NCBI GenBank assembly: GCA_034171505.1
Contig: JAXFGC010000006.1
Span: 11,382 to 75,381, forward strand
Length of the DNA stretch: 64,000 bases
Reading direction: 5' to 3'
From: Candidatus Enteromonas sp.
GTDB taxonomy: Bacteria; Bacillota_I; Bacilli_A; RFN20; CAG-826
Positions 61,227-64,000 of this stretch are shown here, in pieces. Under the pieces are notes generated by a model. It was not told where the DNA came from. It ran no database searches and saw only the letters and a program-made list of their open reading frames with translations. Both the position numbers and the translations under genes were made by a program. Every line of letters starts with the position of its first letter. Position 1 is the first letter of the stretch.

Positions 61227-62756
61227 ATGAAAGTGAATTCCAAAATTCTTGTTCTCGCCGCCATCACCGCGTTTGGTCTTGGTAGTTGCGGCGGAACTCC
61301 GAGCAATTCGGAAAACCAATCGGAAAAAGCCGAGAAAACCGAGGTCGTTTGGTGGGTTCCCTGCGGATCCGATTTAGAAACCAACACCATTTACAAATAC
61401 GTTTGTGGGATCGCCGACAGCTACAACTCGAGCCACGACGACGTCCATGTGAGCATTGTTTCCAAAGGAAATAAGAACAATGACTACACCGGTACCGCAA
61501 ACGCGGTCAGCGATGCTCTCACCGCGGGCAATACCCCCTCGATGGTCACCACCTATGGTACCTATGTCGCCGCCTGGCGCAAAGCGGCCCCGAAAGCCGT
61601 CGTTGACGTCACCGACTATGGCAAAACCTTAGAAGCCGATTCCGACTTCAACCAAAGTTACCTCGTTGCCGAAAAGCAACAATACGACGGCAAGTCCTAC
61701 TACTCCCTTCCTTACTCCAAGTCCGGTGAAGCCTTCCAATACAATAAGGAAGTCTTCTCTGCCGTTGGCGCGGTCGCCGCGGGCAGTGCCGTGGAAAAGG
61801 GATACCCCGCTCCGGTTTCGCTTGATAGCAAACAGGCTTACAGCGTCCCGACCACCTTTGTCGAAATGATGGATCTTGCCCGCCAAATGAAGGTGGATTA
61901 CCCCTCCGTCAACTGGGGGCGCGGAGAAGATGGCCAATACGTCGCCGTTCCTGTCATCTACGAATCCTCGATGAACCTCTTCGTCACGGTTCTCGAATCC
62001 GCTGGCATCACCTTCATGGATGCCACCAAACCCCTTGCCCAATCCGTCCCTTTCATCGATGATCCCGCCGCGAAAGCCGCGATCGTTCAACTCAAGAAAT
62101 GGTCCAACGAAGGCTTGCTTGCCACCAAAAACCAACTCGGGAAAGATGGCTCCTACACCAAGTATCCTTCCACCGTCGTGAGTGAAGGCAACGCTTTTGT
62201 GATGATTACCTCCACCGCGAATGCCCCCTGGTGCGCCGCGGATGGCTACTCCATCGGCTTTGACCGCGTTCCGAAGTGGGATGATAACAGCGAATACCGC
62301 ACCCTTTCCCAAGGCCCGAGCATCGCTTTCTTCAACCACAACAACCAAGATGAAATCGATGGCGCCCTTGATTTCTACAAGTATTTGACCAGCACCGCCA
62401 ACACCGCGAAGCTTGCCCTTGATACCGCCTACTTCCCCTGCCGCCAAAGCTCCTATGAAGACGAAGGACTCAAGGCGACTCTCGAAAATGCCGCCAAAAC
62501 CATCAACTACGCCACGGATTACGACGTCAAGAAATCCGCTTATATCGGCGAAGTCTTGAACCTCAACAAAAAGGTCTCCGAAGGCAACGAATACTTCATG
62601 TCCCCGGTCAATGAGCTCTCCGCTTCCGTCCGCACCGCCGTTTCGGGCATCATGGACGCGATCTTCAACGATGTGGAGGCCACGACCGACGAAGCCATCC
62701 AATCCCTCGTTAACAGCGCCTTCGCGGACGCGAAAGCCACCATTTTCCGCGACTAA
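61227..62756 (+). CDS. ABC transporter extracellular solute-binding lipoprotein (family 1, sugar-type)
   Basis: Signal peptide plus lipobox ILVLAAITAFGLGSCGG, and its position beside the two sugar permeases. Confidence 0.85.
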   Translation: MKVNSKILVLAAITAFGLGSCGGTPSNSENQSEKAEKTEVVWWVPCGSDLETNTIYKYVCGIADSYNSSHDDVHVSIVSKGNKNNDYTGTANAVSDALTAGNTPSMVTTYGTYVAAWRKAAPKAVVDVTDYGKTLEADSDFNQSYLVAEKQQYDGKSYYSLPYSKSGEAFQYNKEVFSAVGAVAAGSAVEKGYPAPVSLDSKQAYSVPTTFVEMMDLARQMKVDYPSVNWGRGEDGQYVAVPVIYESSMNLFVTVLESAGITFMDATKPLAQSVPFIDDPAAKAAIVQLKKWSNEGLLATKNQLGKDGSYTKYPSTVVSEGNAFVMITSTANAPWCAADGYSIGFDRVPKWDDNSEYRTLSQGPSIAFFNHNNQDEIDGALDFYKYLTSTANTAKLALDTAYFPCRQSSYEDEGLKATLENAAKTINYATDYDVKKSAYIGEVLNLNKKVSEGNEYFMSPVNELSASVRTAVSGIMDAIFNDVEATTDEAIQSLVNSAFADAKATIFRD

Positions 62757-62758
62757 CT

Positions 62759-63112
62759 ATGAATTCGAACCACCCGATTTCGGAAACGAAGGATGCCTTT
62801 TCGGAACCGAAAGAACGCATGGAATCCCTCCATCGAGAACTTCGCCGCGTTGAGGTTGGGAAATCCCATTCCTATGCCGCCCTTGTTCTCGCGGGGATTC
62901 TGCTGGTGGTCGGTCTCATCTTTCTCTACGCTTCGTTCAAATACGACGAAACCAGGACACGTGAATTCCGTCCCCAAAGCATTGAATTCGCGACCTGCAT
63001 CGCCCTCTCTTCCATCGGAGTAATTCTTGGGGTGTATGGAGGTATTCGATTGACCCTCCAAAGCCTCACGAAACGCCGCTTAACGAAGGAAATCAACGAA
63101 GCAAGGAAATAA
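62759..63112 (+). CDS. Hypothetical small membrane protein (117 aa, 2 TM)
   Basis: Hydrophobic segments YAALVLAGILLVVGLIFLYA and FATCIALSSIGVILGVYGGI. It starts 3 nt after the SBP stop. Confidence 0.55.
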   Translation: MNSNHPISETKDAFSEPKERMESLHRELRRVEVGKSHSYAALVLAGILLVVGLIFLYASFKYDETRTREFRPQSIEFATCIALSSIGVILGVYGGIRLTLQSLTKRRLTKEINEARK

Positions 63113-63116
63113 TCCA

Positions 63117-63153
63117 ACAAAAAAGTGCGATTCCCAATTGGGTCGCACTTTTT
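63117..63153. terminator. Bidirectional rho-independent terminator between convergent genes
   Basis: AAAAAA-GTGCGA-tt-CCCAATTGGG-TCGCAC-TTTTT. The A-tract and T-tract flank a compound hairpin. Confidence 0.8.
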
Positions 63154-63160
63154 GCTTGGA

Positions 63161-63985
63161 TTATTTTGCATCCATGAATTCGTCGGAATTCGGATCCTCT
63201 TCTTCTTTGGGCTCGTCCTTAGAGGGAAGATTGCCTTCTTCGTCGGGAATATCGTCTTCGGTCAATCCTTCGAGGGCCATCATGTCCTTCATCGAGGGAT
63301 CTTCTTCAAGAGGCTCTTCCGTATCAGTTTCGCTTTCTTCCTCAATCATCGGGGGCAGAACGGGTTGTTCTCCTCCGTTTCGGGTTTCGAACTCATCGAA
63401 GCTCGTGATGGTCGCCGCGGTGGCGCGAGCCGCCCCGATCGTACGGGAATCGAGAACCCCAATCGAAGCAAGAGAGGCACTGACGTCAGAAGTATCGCTG
63501 ACAAGACCGCTGTCGCCCTTGATAAGACGCGCCAAGGTGTCGTCGTGGGTGGCCGCGTATTCTTTTTCTTCCTGCTCATCATCGAAGATCGCTTCGGTGG
63601 TCTTGTCGTCGATTACCATCGTATGGGTCAACATATCGTGAATCGAAAGGTGATTCCGACCCATCATCTTTACGATGAAAGAAATAAAGACCATGACCCC
63701 GAACAAAAGGAAGGTCAGGAACTGGTTGAAAGGCAGTAAGAACATCGTGAAGGGGAACATCATGAACACCGCATGAAGGATTGTTCTCCCTTTGCTGCAT
63801 TGGTAGCCGTCGCTTCCGATGACGGAGAGACGCATGATGAGTTTTCCGAGGGTTTTCCCACGTTTCAAACAGCAAGGCAAGATCAAGAAAAACACGAGAA
63901 TAGGAGTCAAAATCGAGGGTAAACTCGCGATATAGGAGACGGTGCTCAAACGATTGGAGTATTCCACCATCACATCCTGCGCCAA
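63161..63985 (-). CDS. RDD family membrane protein with a long acidic C-terminal tail; 5' end uncertain at the window edge
   Basis: KRGKTLGKLIMRLSVIGSDG and HDMLTHTMVIDDKT are RDD hallmarks. The C-terminal ~130 aa are D/E-rich. The track start is TTG 63985; ATG 63970 is an alternative, and the gene could also extend past the window. Confidence 0.65.
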   Translation of the reverse strand: MAQDVMVEYSNRLSTVSYIASLPSILTPILVFFLILPCCLKRGKTLGKLIMRLSVIGSDGYQCSKGRTILHAVFMMFPFTMFLLPFNQFLTFLLFGVMVFISFIVKMMGRNHLSIHDMLTHTMVIDDKTTEAIFDDEQEEKEYAATHDDTLARLIKGDSGLVSDTSDVSASLASIGVLDSRTIGAARATAATITSFDEFETRNGGEQPVLPPMIEEESETDTEEPLEEDPSMKDMMALEGLTEDDIPDEEGNLPSKDEPKEEEDPNSDEFMDAK

Positions 63986-64000
63986 AAGGTGCGTACAGGC

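Overview
The window is a chromosomal, mostly housekeeping segment from a Gram-positive-type genome (Bacillota, or a Mycoplasmatota-related lineage). It uses the standard genetic code: TGA works as a stop, with ATGA stop/start overlaps at recR/tmk, aroB/aroC and aroEK/aroQ. G+C is roughly half by eye.

Gene content from left to right:
- prfA (partial), divergent from the conserved block dnaX-ybaB-recR-tmk-holB-yaaT-rsmI.
- A long translationally coupled minus-strand operon: patatin-like lipase, RluA-type pseudouridine synthase, a fused double-DUF1538 membrane protein, two PII-like proteins, and a giant YfhO-type membrane protein.
- A lipoprotein 5'-nucleotidase, then HAD + GH2, then an M24 peptidase.
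- A copA-copZ-csoR copper operon with a perfect 8-1-8 CsoR-type operator.
- An hsp20 gene whose promoter is bracketed by two CIRCE elements.
- A low-GC orphan ORF, then ybaK.
- An expanded oppABCDF peptide transporter with large insertions in every subunit class.
- A DUF3899 membrane protein.
- An orphan protein combining a PIN-like domain with two motor-less FtsK-gamma-like winged helices.
- mutY, an orphan lipoprotein, and a preQ1-I-like riboswitch in front of a VUT/YhhQ transporter.
- An SDR, a membrane protein, a serine hydrolase and a flavin-reductase-like protein.
- An 11-gene supraoperon: aminotransferase, a U32 Fe-S protein, and the complete shikimate plus Phe/Tyr pathway, including an AroE-AroK fusion.
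- tRNA-Lys(CTT).
- Two RDD-family membrane proteins, a sugar ABC transporter (the ATPase again carries an insertion), and a third RDD protein.

I found no rRNA, CRISPR array, transposase, integrase or phage genes. The ORF track allows TTG/GTG starts and reports the longest ORFs, so I trimmed several 5' ends to ATG/GTG starts that have a Shine-Dalgarno (SD). Many long ORFs in the track are antisense shadows of real genes.

The most unusual items:
- the PIN + tandem FtsK-gamma protein;
- the DUF1538/PII/PII module;
- the U32 protein embedded next to the prephenate-producing genes;
- the dual-CIRCE hsp20 promoter;
- the insertions shared by all three ABC ATPases.
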